This document shows positions 26,443 to 36,364 of a stretch of 61,854 bases of DNA, piece by piece; position 1 is the stretch's first letter; each line of letters opens with the position of its first letter. Source of the stretch: Candidatus Omnitrophota bacterium (GTDB lineage: Bacteria; Omnitrophota; Gorgyraeia; Aquiviventales; Aquiviventaceae); contig JAHFGV010000011.1 in assembly GCA_023247255.1 (NCBI GenBank), forward strand, positions 1 to 61,854, in the 5' to 3' direction. The notes beneath the pieces were generated by a model that was not told the origin of the DNA, made no database searches, and saw only the letters and a list, made by a program, of their open reading frames with translations. Both the position numbers and the translations under genes were made by a program.

Positions 26443-28230
26443 TTAACTCAGATTCAGAGCTCCAGACCTTTCCGGAGTCTTCACCTGCCGTTGAAATTCA
26501 ACGAGTAGCTCCCGGACCGCTTCTTCACGACCTGACTCTTGCGCTGACTGAATCTGTGACCGTAACCCATCCAACCGACGGGTTCGTGCCTGTTCGACTA
26601 ATCGACGAACACAATCCTCAAACACCAAATCTGAAGTGGGTTGATCTTGAGCAAAAGCGACCAGCTCCGTCACCAATACCCCCTCAGGCGCTCCCGATAG
26701 CCTCGAAACCACCTGGGCAGGACTCACTGAAGTCTCTTGTTCGCTGAGATCAATGACTACCTCTAAGATTCGGCGGAGTGCAGAATCGGTAACATCCTCT
26801 AACATCAGCTGCCCTTCAACCCGATTCCATCGCGTGGCATCGTCTAATACCAGAGCCGTAAAGAGCCGTTCTGGCCCTGAGGCCACAGACTGCCGCAGGA
26901 ATGTTTTGACATCGCTTTTACCTTCATCCCTCAACCGATTGCTCCGGTTCTGATATTTCGTCATTTCCTCCAGCATCGCTGCTTCATCCAGACGCAACCG
27001 ATCGGCGATCAGGTGCACGTACCTGTTACGCAAAATTGCGTTGGGCACCTTGGCAATGGTGGGAAGCATACTTTCCGCTGCCTTAACGGTCTCTTCGACC
27101 TTGGGGTGAGGATACCGTCGCAGCGCACCCGCAATCAGCGCATCGACAAGCGGAAGGCTTTGGTTGAGCCAGCGTTCAAATTCCTCTTTTCCTAGACGAT
27201 GCAAGTGCTCATCCGGATCCACCCCCACAGGAAGCTGGGCCACTTGAACCTGAAGTCCGGCCTCTACCAAAAGATCCAGACCCCTCATCGTCGCCGCCTC
27301 TCCCGCAGTATCCGCATCAAAAGCCAAAATGACTCGCTCGGCGTACCGTTTAAGCAACTGGATCTGCTCTCGGGTTAGGGCAGTTCCCAGTGGGGACACC
27401 ACCTGCGGGATGCCCGCATCCGATAAAACGACACAGTCGAAATACCCTTCCACAATGATCGCCGTGCGGCGATCGGTGATGGCCTCTTTGGCTTGGGTGA
27501 GGCCAAACAATATCCGGCCCTTGCTATATAATGAAGTCTCAGGGCTGTTGAGATATTTAGGCTGCTTCCCATCGAGACTTCGACCTCCAAAACCCACCAC
27601 CCGTCCACGGATATCAAGAATGGGAAAGATAAGACGCTGGCGAAAACGGTCGTAGAGATTCTTCTCTCGTCGGACAAGCAGACCGGCTTGCTCTAGCGCA
27701 TCGGGTGAAACGCCGCTTGATTTTGCGGCAGTCAACAAATGATCCCAACCATCCGGCGCCAGCCCCAATCGAAATCGCATCCGTGCTTGCTCGGAAACCC
27801 CTCGTTGCGCTAGATAAGCGCGCGCGGCTTTTCCCTGTTGAGGATGGGCGAGGGTACGCTCAAAATACTGACACACCTTTTCCAAGAGCGCTAGAAACTG
27901 TGAATGGTTGGGCTCACCAATTCCGGGTACTGTAGAATCTGGAATCTCCAGTCCGAACTGGTCGGCAAGCTGTCGAACCGCTTCTGGGAAAGTCAGCCTA
28001 TCGTGCTGCATGAGAAAGCTGAAGATATTTCCGCCCACCCCACAACCGAAACAATGGAAGATTTGCTTGTCGGTGTTCACCATAAACGATGGGGTTTTTT
28101 CCTTGTGAAAGGGACAGTGAGCCTTATAATGACGACCCGCTCGCTTGAGGGGAAGGTATCTGCCGATGAGATCTGCGATGTCTGCTCGGCGTTGAATTTC
28201 GTCAATCACCTCGAGAGGAATCAGTCCCAT
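26443..28230 (-). CDS. dnaG: DNA primase
   Basis: Zinc finger CPFHKEKTPSFMVNTDKQIFHCFGCGVGGN; TOPRIM IIVEGYFD and FDADTAGEAA. Confidence 0.95.
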   Translation of the reverse strand: MGLIPLEVIDEIQRRADIADLIGRYLPLKRAGRHYKAHCPFHKEKTPSFMVNTDKQIFHCFGCGVGGNIFSFLMQHDRLTFPEAVRQLADQFGLEIPDSTVPGIGEPNHSQFLALLEKVCQYFERTLAHPQQGKAARAYLAQRGVSEQARMRFRLGLAPDGWDHLLTAAKSSGVSPDALEQAGLLVRREKNLYDRFRQRLIFPILDIRGRVVGFGGRSLDGKQPKYLNSPETSLYSKGRILFGLTQAKEAITDRRTAIIVEGYFDCVVLSDAGIPQVVSPLGTALTREQIQLLKRYAERVILAFDADTAGEAATMRGLDLLVEAGLQVQVAQLPVGVDPDEHLHRLGKEEFERWLNQSLPLVDALIAGALRRYPHPKVEETVKAAESMLPTIAKVPNAILRNRYVHLIADRLRLDEAAMLEEMTKYQNRSNRLRDEGKSDVKTFLRQSVASGPERLFTALVLDDATRWNRVEGQLMLEDVTDSALRRILEVVIDLSEQETSVSPAQVVSRLSGAPEGVLVTELVAFAQDQPTSDLVFEDCVRRLVEQARTRRLDGLRSQIQSAQESGREEAVRELLVEFQRQVKTPERSGALNLS

Positions 28231-28303
28231 CCCCTTTTAGAACTCCTTTTATCGACGCCCATTCCACACTGTTCAGCATCGATAAGGACGCCCTGGTTGG
28301 ATC

Positions 28304-28864
28304 CTATTTCCGACGCCGAGCAGCACTGGGTTTGATGGGAGGAACAAACGTTTCTTTTCGATACTTGTATCCCGGGAAACGATTCGTGAAACGCGTTAGC
28401 ATCTCGCCAGAGGAGCTAAGAAATCGTCGTCCGAACACCGACTCTTGCTCAACACTTTGGGCCAAGTAGATAAAACCGCTTGAGCTTAACACGATTAAAA
28501 CAAAAGCTGACCACCACAATCCTCGAAGGCCCCCTACCACAGCACCTATTCCTTGGACAAACCCGTTCACCCTCTCCCACTTAATATCTTGCAGAATTCT
28601 CGTCATCCCCCACTGTCCAGCTAAAATCAAGCTGAGAAAGATCACCCAAAATAAAAAGAACTCATTCAGTGGGGAACTGCCGCCTAACCAAGGCTCCAGC
28701 CATTGCGTTACCAAAGGGGCATAATTAACAGTCAGACAAGTAACACTTACCGCTACAGCCAACATACTGATAGCCCATAGCAGTCCGCGTGCAAATCCGC
28801 TGTAACACGTTCTTAATACAAGAATTAGAACAACGAGATCAACCCAATTCGGCCAGACGTCCAC
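28304..28864 (-). CDS. cvpA: CvpA-family integral membrane protein
   Basis: Four predicted TM helices; the N-terminus WVDLVVLILVLRTCYSGFARGL is typical of CvpA. Confidence 0.7.
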   Translation of the reverse strand: MDVWPNWVDLVVLILVLRTCYSGFARGLLWAISMLAVAVSVTCLTVNYAPLVTQWLEPWLGGSSPLNEFFLFWVIFLSLILAGQWGMTRILQDIKWERVNGFVQGIGAVVGGLRGLWWSAFVLIVLSSSGFIYLAQSVEQESVFGRRFLSSSGEMLTRFTNRFPGYKYRKETFVPPIKPSAARRRK

Positions 28865-28968
28865 GGTAAATTCCTATTGTTAATTCATGAGCGGAGTATA
28901 CCATATCCATGCAAAGAGCGTCAAGGTAACGCTACCCAGAAGCGCTACCTTAATCCCAAATAGAATTC

Positions 28969-28995
28969 GCCCTTGACATCAAAGACGTCAAGGGC
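28969..28995 (-). terminator. 9-bp GC-rich hairpin downstream of the pilus operon (weak T tract)
   Basis: gcccttgac atcaaagac gtcaagggc. On the minus strand it is followed by gaattctattt. The same GCCCTTGAC/GTCAAGGGC arms recur at 45369-45394. Confidence 0.35.
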
Positions 28996-29103
28996 TGCCA
29001 AAATCGCACCCTGCGCTGCGATATCCTGAGCACCTTCACAAGCGGGTCCGTGTACCTTAACATCCCCGGCATGCTACTTACTTGCTCAGAAATTGCAGGA
29101 AAT

Positions 29104-29385
29104 TTAATTGGTGGCTCGGACTTTCACAATCCGAAGCTCTTCCATCACGTCATCAAAACGTTTCAGGATAGCCTCTTGATTCGCAAGGATTTGGTCTAGT
29201 TTCTGTAAAATCTTTACGTTGGCACCGAAATCGTTTGCCTGAGTGCTTCTGTGCCCAGATGCCTGATGTTGTGCCTTTGAACTGCTCGATGAGTCCTGAG
29301 CTAAGCTTATGGAACTCAGCCCAAGATACCCATTGCCTATCCCTAATCCAACCACGAGTGCCATGATTGACCTTTTTAGACTCAT
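29104..29385 (-). CDS. small secreted protein of unknown function, last gene of the pilMNOPQ operon
   Basis: Signal peptide ending SLAQD, a Ser-rich linker and a C-terminal amphipathic helix. Lies 6 nt after the pilQ stop. Confidence 0.5.
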   Translation of the reverse strand: MSLKRSIMALVVGLGIGNGYLGLSSISLAQDSSSSSKAQHQASGHRSTQANDFGANVKILQKLDQILANQEAILKRFDDVMEELRIVKVRATN

Positions 29386-29391
29386 CGGATG

Positions 29392-30966
29392 TCAATCCTC
29401 CCCATATCCATACCCCGATTGGGTGGATGCTAAAGACGCCTCAGTGGCGTGTGGAGCTTCCTCCATCAATTTCACAGTGAGGAAAATCAGCAAATCTTGC
29501 CTAAGGGTAGGGCTGCTGCTTCCCCCATAGCGATGGCGACTTTTAAACAGCACCCCGATAACCGGCAGATCTCCAAAGAAGGGAACCTTCCGGGAATCAA
29601 CGACTTCAGTTTCCTTAATCAAGCCTCCGATAGCAATGGTCTGACCATTTCCAATCCGAATCTGAGTTGTCACCGTCTGAGTACTAAACCGGGGAAGTGA
29701 CACGGAGTTACCTCCCCCCACATCAAACGTCTGATTAGAAAGCGCTGAGATGATTTCCGGCTTCATGTCCACTACAATCTCACTGCTGGGATTGACATGA
29801 GGCGTTACGGTCAGCAGGGTTCCAATCGTTTTCGTCTCAAACCCGCTGACCGTCGTGCGCCCTGTGGAAGGATCGATCGAATAGTTGGGAATAGGAAAAT
29901 CTTCACCGATATGTATCCTCGCTTCCTGGTTGTTTAAAACCGCCAAGGTCGGACTGGAAACAATGTGTGTATCGGCACGCGAGCGGAGGATATTGAGCGT
30001 CCAGCTAAATGCGGGTCCCGTCAGGGTCCCCAAGGTGATCGTCGAAGCTGCCGCCTTGGGAATAGGAGAAGCGACAAATTTATTTCCCAGGCTGCCCAAG
30101 GTGCTCTCGGCCGGAAGTGGAAAGCTCGAACCTAAACTGGCTGCCGTCTGCGCAAGGGAGAGCGACTGAGACCACTCGATACCCAGTTCTTCCTCCTCCT
30201 CAAGCTTGGTTTCCACAATTTTCGTTTCAACTAAAACCTGTGGGGTACGCTGATCCAAACGCTTAATCACTTCGTGAATTTGAAAGAGCTTGGTGGGAAT
30301 ATCGGTCACAATCACCGTATTGGTGCGCTCGTCGAATTTCACCTTTCCACGATCCGAAAGCATTTCGGTGATGATCTCTGGAACGCTCTGCGCCTTAGCA
30401 TAGTTAAGGAGAAAAACTTCCGTGGAAAGGGCCTCTTGCTCTAACGCGTCGATCGTCATGATTCGAACGATCTTGCCTTTGCGTTCATAGGTAAAACCGT
30501 AGGTCCTGAGGATAATATCCAGCGCCTGTTCCCATGGGACATCGGTCAATTTGATCGTCACCAACCCTTCCACATCCGTTCCCGCAACGATATCCACACC
30601 GCTTTTGAGCGAAAGAATACGAAGCACCTGCCGGATGTCCGCATCTTTAAAATCCAAACTGACCAACCCTTCCTCAGAAGAACGAACCGATTCTGGGCTA
30701 GCCTCAATAGACTGAGTCTCTAGCTGTTGCAAATCAGCGGATCCGGTCGTCGATACATCTTCCAACGATGATTCCGACTGATCTGATGAGCCATCTTCAA
30801 GCGATACGGAGGAAGCATCTGTAAGGGCATCTTCCTTATGTTCTTCTTGCGCCCAAGCCTGGACAGCACCGGTTAGAAGGATAACGCTGATTATCCCCAC
30901 AAGGCCCATGAAGGTGAATCCCAAAGACAGATCATCCTCCCACCTGAATTGTTTTACCCTTTTCAC
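29392..30966 (-). CDS. pilQ: type IV pilus secretin
   Basis: N0/secretin-N modules (VSLDFKDADIRQVLRILS). C-terminal secretin domain VPFFGDLPVIGVLFKS. Operon context pilMNOP. Confidence 0.85.
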   Translation of the reverse strand: MKRVKQFRWEDDLSLGFTFMGLVGIISVILLTGAVQAWAQEEHKEDALTDASSVSLEDGSSDQSESSLEDVSTTGSADLQQLETQSIEASPESVRSSEEGLVSLDFKDADIRQVLRILSLKSGVDIVAGTDVEGLVTIKLTDVPWEQALDIILRTYGFTYERKGKIVRIMTIDALEQEALSTEVFLLNYAKAQSVPEIITEMLSDRGKVKFDERTNTVIVTDIPTKLFQIHEVIKRLDQRTPQVLVETKIVETKLEEEEELGIEWSQSLSLAQTAASLGSSFPLPAESTLGSLGNKFVASPIPKAAASTITLGTLTGPAFSWTLNILRSRADTHIVSSPTLAVLNNQEARIHIGEDFPIPNYSIDPSTGRTTVSGFETKTIGTLLTVTPHVNPSSEIVVDMKPEIISALSNQTFDVGGGNSVSLPRFSTQTVTTQIRIGNGQTIAIGGLIKETEVVDSRKVPFFGDLPVIGVLFKSRHRYGGSSSPTLRQDLLIFLTVKLMEEAPHATEASLASTQSGYGYGED

Positions 30967-31409
30967 GGCCCTGTCCTCCTCTCTTTCTGTTGTTCTACCT
31001 CCTCCACCCCGGACAAGGGGGGCTCAAACGCAATATGAAGCACCACAGGCTCTCCATCATTATTGAGCACCACCGAGTCTTTCTGAATTTCCTTCACCTG
31101 ATAGAATCCAACGCTATCACCCACTTTGACTTCCGTGTTATTGATCAAAGCAATCGACTGGCCTTCGGGGTCCCACAAAATACCATAAAGGGTCGGTATA
31201 TTTCCGCTGGAGCCTGTGCTACCCTTTACGTTCACTACTCGCCCTTCCTCAATTAATGGGACGAAAGGATCTCGATGTCCTTTGGCATCGTAACGGAAAG
31301 AAGAGCCTTGCTGCACGTCTGTGCTGTCAGCCGCAGCGACTAAAACCTCAAACGCCCCGGCCCAGACAATCAGACCCATCCCCACCTGCACACACACACC
31401 TATTTTCAT
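30963..31409 (-). CDS. pilP: PilP-like pilus assembly protein
   Basis: RDPFVPL motif, C-terminal beta domain, and position between pilO and pilQ. Confidence 0.65.
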   Translation of the reverse strand: MKIGVCVQVGMGLIVWAGAFEVLVAAADSTDVQQGSSFRYDAKGHRDPFVPLIEEGRVVNVKGSTGSSGNIPTLYGILWDPEGQSIALINNTEVKVGDSVGFYQVKEIQKDSVVLNNDGEPVVLHIAFEPPLSGVEEVEQQKERRTGP

Positions 31410-31444
31410 TGGGTGTTGAATCCTCTCTTCATCCCAGCAGCCTG

Positions 31445-32137
31445 CTAAGGCTTAGATCCCGCAGCATCCTCAAAGAGCCCACTGGTCGTAACTGCACCTT
31501 GTGTGGCGAAGTACGATTGAATGATCACCTTAACAAAATGCGACCGAGGATTCTTGGGATTTTCGGAAATCTGCAGACTCGAGACTTGAATCATATGCTC
31601 GCCAAACTCTGCCAGACTCAAAAAATTTCCCAGTTGATGATAGCCTGCGAGCGCATCTACTTGAATCGGAATCTCGGCATAGACCGCGGGTTTGGAAGCT
31701 TCCTCCGCCTGGGTACCCGAAGCGTCATTGCCGGAATTCTTTAGCTCCTTTCTTTCCTTTCCTCCTTTTCCTTCTTTTCCTTCTATAGCGGGCCGTTGAG
31801 GAAAGATGGTTTGTATTTTCACATCCGTCTGACTTGCCAGATTGGATAGAAGCTCAATGACGGCTGGCAGCTCCTCCAAATCGGGGAGTGACTCGCGGAA
31901 TGAAGAAACCGCACCGTTGACCCGACGATATTCTTCCTTGAGCGCAGCTAGACTGGTCGTGTTACGCTGGAGGATGTCGATCTGGCCTTCGGCCTCTTTC
32001 ACCTGTTGCCCAAAAGCTGACATTTTTTTCAGCAATGGGCCTACCCAATAAGCGGTATAAATCCACAGAAACAGAACGGTGAGACCTCCTGCTAACAACA
32101 AGGTCTGTTGCTCACGACTGGATAGACGATGTTTCAT
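31445..32137 (-). CDS. pilO: type IV pilus assembly protein PilO (with a Lys/Glu/Gly-rich insertion)
   Basis: N-terminal TM helix plus coiled coil plus ferredoxin-like C-terminus. Operon position. Confidence 0.7.
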   Translation of the reverse strand: MKHRLSSREQQTLLLAGGLTVLFLWIYTAYWVGPLLKKMSAFGQQVKEAEGQIDILQRNTTSLAALKEEYRRVNGAVSSFRESLPDLEELPAVIELLSNLASQTDVKIQTIFPQRPAIEGKEGKGGKERKELKNSGNDASGTQAEEASKPAVYAEIPIQVDALAGYHQLGNFLSLAEFGEHMIQVSSLQISENPKNPRSHFVKVIIQSYFATQGAVTTSGLFEDAAGSKP

Positions 32138-32143
32138 TGAAAG

Positions 32144-32725
32144 TTAAGTCTCAGGGGTGGTTGACAATTGGCAGATAAGGGTGAAACGAACGACTTCGAT
32201 TTCCTTCTCATAGACACGTTTGAGCGATTCAATCTGGACATCCTTGAATGCGGAAGTAAACTCCGTATCCCCCTTGATATCTTGAACCAATTTTCCGACA
32301 TTGGCCATTTCGCTACCGCCCTGGCCAATCGCTGCACCTTGGATGACGAGACCTTTGACTGGATCCAAATCGAGATTGGTGAACCAGATTCCATCCGGGG
32401 TCAGATCAGACAGTTTATTGAGGCGCTGTGACCAAGCACGTCGATTGCCCGACTTGATTTGCTCAAAGGCCGCAGCTTCTCTTTTAAGCTGATTGAGAGC
32501 CTGTTGGAGTTTGTGAACCTCGAATTCCTTCGGCTTGAGTTGCTCGATTTGTTTGGTAAGAACATTCAGGCGTCGTTGATTCAAATGGACGGGAATAAGC
32601 AAAACCAGTCCAAATCCGATAAGCAGCCCTACCACAATCCATATAAGAGGAATACGATGCAGCTGTTCTAAAGATGAAAGCGAGGTCTCTCGAGCATCTT
32701 CGGGAAGCAGATTGATCTGTAACAT
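32144..32725 (-). CDS. pilN: type IV pilus assembly protein PilN
   Basis: The INLLPE N-terminal motif that binds PilM, a single TM helix, and operon position. Confidence 0.8.
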   Translation of the reverse strand: MLQINLLPEDARETSLSSLEQLHRIPLIWIVVGLLIGFGLVLLIPVHLNQRRLNVLTKQIEQLKPKEFEVHKLQQALNQLKREAAAFEQIKSGNRRAWSQRLNKLSDLTPDGIWFTNLDLDPVKGLVIQGAAIGQGGSEMANVGKLVQDIKGDTEFTSAFKDVQIESLKRVYEKEIEVVRFTLICQLSTTPET

Positions 32726-32731
32726 GGGGAA

Positions 32732-33763
32732 TTAATCCATCCTTAACGCCAGTCCATAGGCAATGGCAAATTGCCCGGACAGTTCCTTGGCAGGAATCCA
32801 AGGAGTAACCGGCTGCGTCAGATGGCTTTTGAGAGCAATCATGAAATCCGCCGATTGGCTTAGGCCACCCGTTACCAAGACTTCTGCGGGTGAACGACCA
32901 AAACGATTTTCAAAGTAATCGAAAGATAGCTGAAGTTCAGTTACCAAACCCTCGCACACCGTCTTCATGGCATCCGCAAGACCCGCAGGAGCAGGCTCAT
33001 CGCTAGAAGTCCGCAGAAGAATCTCGGGTTCTATTCCTAGATGTTCCGCCGCGTGTCGGAAACACTTCTCCGCCCCCCAGGGAATGTCCCGCACCAAATA
33101 GGGAATCTGACCTTGGCACATGGAAAGATTGGTGAATTGAGATCCCACATTGACTAATGCGGTGATGCCTTCTGGACGACCGTTGAAGGTGGCTAAAAAA
33201 CCATTCGTTAAGGCCACGGCATCCACATCGATGAGAGAAACTTCTAGCCCGGCCCGTTTGGCCCAATCCAGCCTGCGCTCGATCAATTCCTTACGACAGG
33301 CAATAATGAGTACCCAAACTTTGTTGCCCTCGGCAGGCCCCAATACCACCCCATCAATCACCACTTCTTGGAGATTAAAGGGCAGATAGCGTTGAGCTTC
33401 AAACGGAAGGGCCTGTCGAATTTCGGACAGAGCCATGTTGGGCATTTCGATGACGCGCATAATCACCCAGGATCCGCTCACTGACAAGGCGGCTGTTTGT
33501 AGAGGCAGGTGCAAACCACTTACAGCCGTCTTGATGGCTCGGGAAGGATCGGTTCCTTGAGCAGCGGGGATAGGTACAAGGTTGGATCCTAGAATGGGTC
33601 GAGTCCCAGGTCCCTTACGTGTTCCTAGTGCAACTACCTTCACGCAGGTGGATCCGATATCCACTCCAAGGGTAATCTTGGGTTCTTTCGACGTTACGGT
33701 AGTCAAACGTCTCAGGAATCTTCCTATAGATGAGAAATCAGGCAGACGGGGTGGAGGCGTCAT
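32732..33763 (-). CDS. pilM: type IV pilus assembly ATPase-fold protein PilM
   Basis: Actin-like fold pattern (LGVDIGSTCVKVV, LIDVDAVAL, VLVTGGLSQ). Confidence 0.85.
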   Translation of the reverse strand: MTPPPRLPDFSSIGRFLRRLTTVTSKEPKITLGVDIGSTCVKVVALGTRKGPGTRPILGSNLVPIPAAQGTDPSRAIKTAVSGLHLPLQTAALSVSGSWVIMRVIEMPNMALSEIRQALPFEAQRYLPFNLQEVVIDGVVLGPAEGNKVWVLIIACRKELIERRLDWAKRAGLEVSLIDVDAVALTNGFLATFNGRPEGITALVNVGSQFTNLSMCQGQIPYLVRDIPWGAEKCFRHAAEHLGIEPEILLRTSSDEPAPAGLADAMKTVCEGLVTELQLSFDYFENRFGRSPAEVLVTGGLSQSADFMIALKSHLTQPVTPWIPAKELSGQFAIAYGLALRMD

Positions 33764-33903
33764 CAGGAAGGAAGATAGGCGATGTAGATGTGTTTGACCT
33801 GCTTGTACACAACTGGTATCCCAATTCGGCTAACTATCCACATCCACCCCACTTCAATCTCGAGCTGCGTTACGAACTCTCTTTCCACGAGCTTAATGTA
33901 TCA

Positions 33904-33945
33904 CAAAAGATATGGCCCCGCAAAACAAAAAGCAGGGCCATATCT
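33904..33945 (-). terminator. rho-independent terminator after the pilin gene
   Basis: Minus strand AGATATGGCCCTGC-TTTTTGTTTT-GCGGGGCCATATCT followed by TTTGTG. Confidence 0.7.
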
Positions 33946-34003
33946 CCTCATCATCTATTGCCTTTCTCACTCACTGCTCACCGATTCTCTTTCAACTGCT
34001 TAA

Positions 34004-34600
34004 TTACGTGCAAAGTTGGACACCCGCAGCACCAGTGTTTCCATCCGGCGCTTGGTCAATGCTGCTCCAGTTTGGTCCATTGGCCGCTGTCGCTCCACAA
34101 GCACCTGCAGCACATGTGCAGTGACGAACAACCCCACTCTCATTGATAAAGAACGCTCGTGTCCCTGTCTGTCCTATGGTAGCTGGAACCGCCAGGGTAG
34201 TATACTGCTGTCCAACAGTAGTACCGTTTGCGTAGGTATAGTTGAATCCCTGAATGGTCTGACCGGTCATCGCAAGACAGAACGAGGGAGGACCAAAATC
34301 TGGAACGGGTGCGGTAGCGGCAGCACAATCAGCACCATACATTGCAGCCAGCCATGTCCCGTTCACAACGCCTGTCGTGTCTGGATACAGGTTAATTACT
34401 GAACGTTCCATCTCCAACGAGCTCATGACAGCCCGTAGATTTCCAATCGCAGAAGACTCATTCGCGCTCGTACGACCACGCAAAACGTTCGGAATTGCAA
34501 TTGCAGCTAACAACGCAATGATTGCCACTACGATCATAATCTCAACAAGTGTAAAACCGGATTGTTTCTTCGAACGTCGAAAACCGCAGCGTATGTTCAT
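34004..34600 (-). CDS. pilA: type IV pilin (prepilin with N-terminal cleavage/methylation motif)
   Basis: KKQSG/FTLVEIMIVVAIIALLAAIAIPN, a Cys-rich C-terminal globular domain, and SD AAGGAG 8 nt upstream. Confidence 0.9.
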   Translation of the reverse strand: MNIRCGFRRSKKQSGFTLVEIMIVVAIIALLAAIAIPNVLRGRTSANESSAIGNLRAVMSSLEMERSVINLYPDTTGVVNGTWLAAMYGADCAAATAPVPDFGPPSFCLAMTGQTIQGFNYTYANGTTVGQQYTTLAVPATIGQTGTRAFFINESGVVRHCTCAAGACGATAANGPNWSSIDQAPDGNTGAAGVQLCT

Positions 34601-34740
34601 GCTTTTCTCCTTTATCGGTAAGCGCTATTGCTATTATATATAAAGCCGCTTGTCCCAGTCACTCTAACAAGCTCGCCGCGTCCTTTTAATTCCCGTTTTC
34701 ACCTCCTCTAATCGGTTGCTTGTGAGTTGGGAAGTGCCAT

Positions 34741-34777
34741 TAATAAAATATGCCATTGCCGCTGTGGCAATGGCATC
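34741..34777 (-). terminator. intrinsic terminator inside the ~450-nt pilin leader (candidate expression platform)
   Basis: Minus strand ATGCCATTGCC-ACAGC-GGCAATGGCAT followed by ATTTTATT. Located between the structured motif (34915-35010) and the pilin start. Confidence 0.6.
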
Positions 34778-34914
34778 CTTCTTTCGGAGCGCTTCCCAGC
34801 GGCAACCCAGCCACCCTGTGATGGATAGCCTTATCCCGATGAGGTCTTGCTTTGGTCCTCAGCCCCGGGAAGGCTGATTCCCTACCCCATCGTTCTTAAG
34901 CTACCCGCCTAACT

Positions 34915-35010
34915 CCCACAGGGTCTGTGGCTTTCCCCTTGTACCAGATGGCACAAGGCCCTGCTCTTTTCGCAGGGGACCCCGCCTCTCGGCGAGTGTG
35001 GCTTTATCAC
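34915..35010 (-). promoter_or_regulatory. structured leader motif, copy 1 (divergent GEMM-I/c-di-GMP-I-like riboswitch candidate)
   Basis: Minus strand: AAAGCCACACTCGCC-GAGA-GGCGGGGTC, hairpin CCCTGC..GCAGGG, hairpin TTGTGCC..GGTACAA, then GGGAAAGCCACAGACCC. Same three-hairpin layout and 3' box as 41920-42035. Confidence 0.45.
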
Positions 35011-35099
35011 TGAGGCATTACAAATTTTTTATTGCCTCACACATGAGTTACTCTGTTACTATGCCACAGTGCTTCATTGAAAGTCAAGTGCTTTTATAG

Positions 35100-36311
35100 T
35101 TAATGTTGTACCAAAGTCGATATCTGGAAAATGGGCAAAAATAGGGCGATGACGATACCTCCAATGACTACTCCCAGAATGGCGATAACCAAAGGTTCAA
35201 TCAGGCTGGTCAGAGCAGACACAGCGGCGTCCACTTCATTTTCATAGAAGTCGGCGATCTTGGTCAGCATCTTCTCCAGTTCACCCGTCTTTTCACCCAC
35301 CGAAATCATTCGCGTCACCATTCCGGGGAACACCTTACTTTGAATCAGGGGGTCTGCTATGTTCTCGCCTTCTTTGATGCTGGAACGCGCAGCAAGAATC
35401 GCACGTTCAATCACCGTGTTGCCGGAAGTCTTGGCCACGATTTCCATCGCCGTAAGAATGGGTACCCCTGACTTCACCAAGGTCGCTAGGGTTCGGGCAA
35501 ACCGCGAGATCACCACTTTCTGCATGAGCTTACCGAGGACGGGTACCTTCAAAGTGATCCGATCGAATACAAACCTACCCGCCGGTGTGCTGAGGTAGGT
35601 TTTCAACAAAACGCCCATTACGAAAATAGCTGCCACTTCAAGCACCAGATACCGCCGCATGAATTCGCTGAGGCCGAGTAACATCTGAGTCGGACGGGGC
35701 AGTTGACCTCCCAGTGCCGTAAAGATCTCTTTAAACTTGGGGACGATAACGACAATCAAGAACGTAGTAATGGCGAAGGCCAAAATAGAGACAAACGCTG
35801 GGTAGAAGAGGCTGGCTTTCACCTTTCGCTGAAGGACGTCGACTTTTTCGATATAGCTGGCAACCCGATCGAGAATCTCATCCAGGCGTCCGGAAGACTC
35901 CCCCGCCCGCATCATGTTCACGAAAAATCCAGAGAAAACCTTCGGGTGTTTGCCGGCAGATTCCGAGAGACTTGAGCCCACCTCGATATCATCCCGCATC
36001 TTCCTCAGCACCTGCCCCAGATTTCGGTCATCGATCTGATCGGCAAGCACCTCAAGAGCGGAAATGATGGGAATGCCACTGTTGACCATTGTCGCTAGCT
36101 GGCGTGAGAAGATCACAAGCTGGCCGGATTTAACCCTTCCCTGCCCGACCTGCATGAGTGCATGTTTGGTCGATCGTCGCTCATCCACCGCTAATATGAC
36201 AAAATCCTGCTTCCACAACTGCTCAATCAGCGCGCTGCGCGACTCACTTTCTAAAGTCCCGCTATGCGTCTTGCCACTCTTGTCTTTTACCACGTAAGCA
36301 AATGTCGGCAT
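35100..36311 (-). CDS. pilC: type IV pilus platform protein (GspF/PilC family)
   Basis: Two T2SSF repeats and 3 TM segments; 403 aa. Confidence 0.9.
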   Translation of the reverse strand: MPTFAYVVKDKSGKTHSGTLESESRSALIEQLWKQDFVILAVDERRSTKHALMQVGQGRVKSGQLVIFSRQLATMVNSGIPIISALEVLADQIDDRNLGQVLRKMRDDIEVGSSLSESAGKHPKVFSGFFVNMMRAGESSGRLDEILDRVASYIEKVDVLQRKVKASLFYPAFVSILAFAITTFLIVVIVPKFKEIFTALGGQLPRPTQMLLGLSEFMRRYLVLEVAAIFVMGVLLKTYLSTPAGRFVFDRITLKVPVLGKLMQKVVISRFARTLATLVKSGVPILTAMEIVAKTSGNTVIERAILAARSSIKEGENIADPLIQSKVFPGMVTRMISVGEKTGELEKMLTKIADFYENEVDAAVSALTSLIEPLVIAILGVVIGGIVIALFLPIFQISTLVQH

Positions 36312-36364
36312 CGCATTCTCTTCATCTGACAGATTATTAACCGACTACTAAAAACCCACCGGAA

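Noticed and set aside
35010-35099. TTGACT ... TAGTAA upstream of the pilin leader as the pilin promoter
   Set aside because: The spacer is ~20 nt rather than 16-18 and no better -10 is in register. It was left uncalled, and 5'-end mapping is needed.
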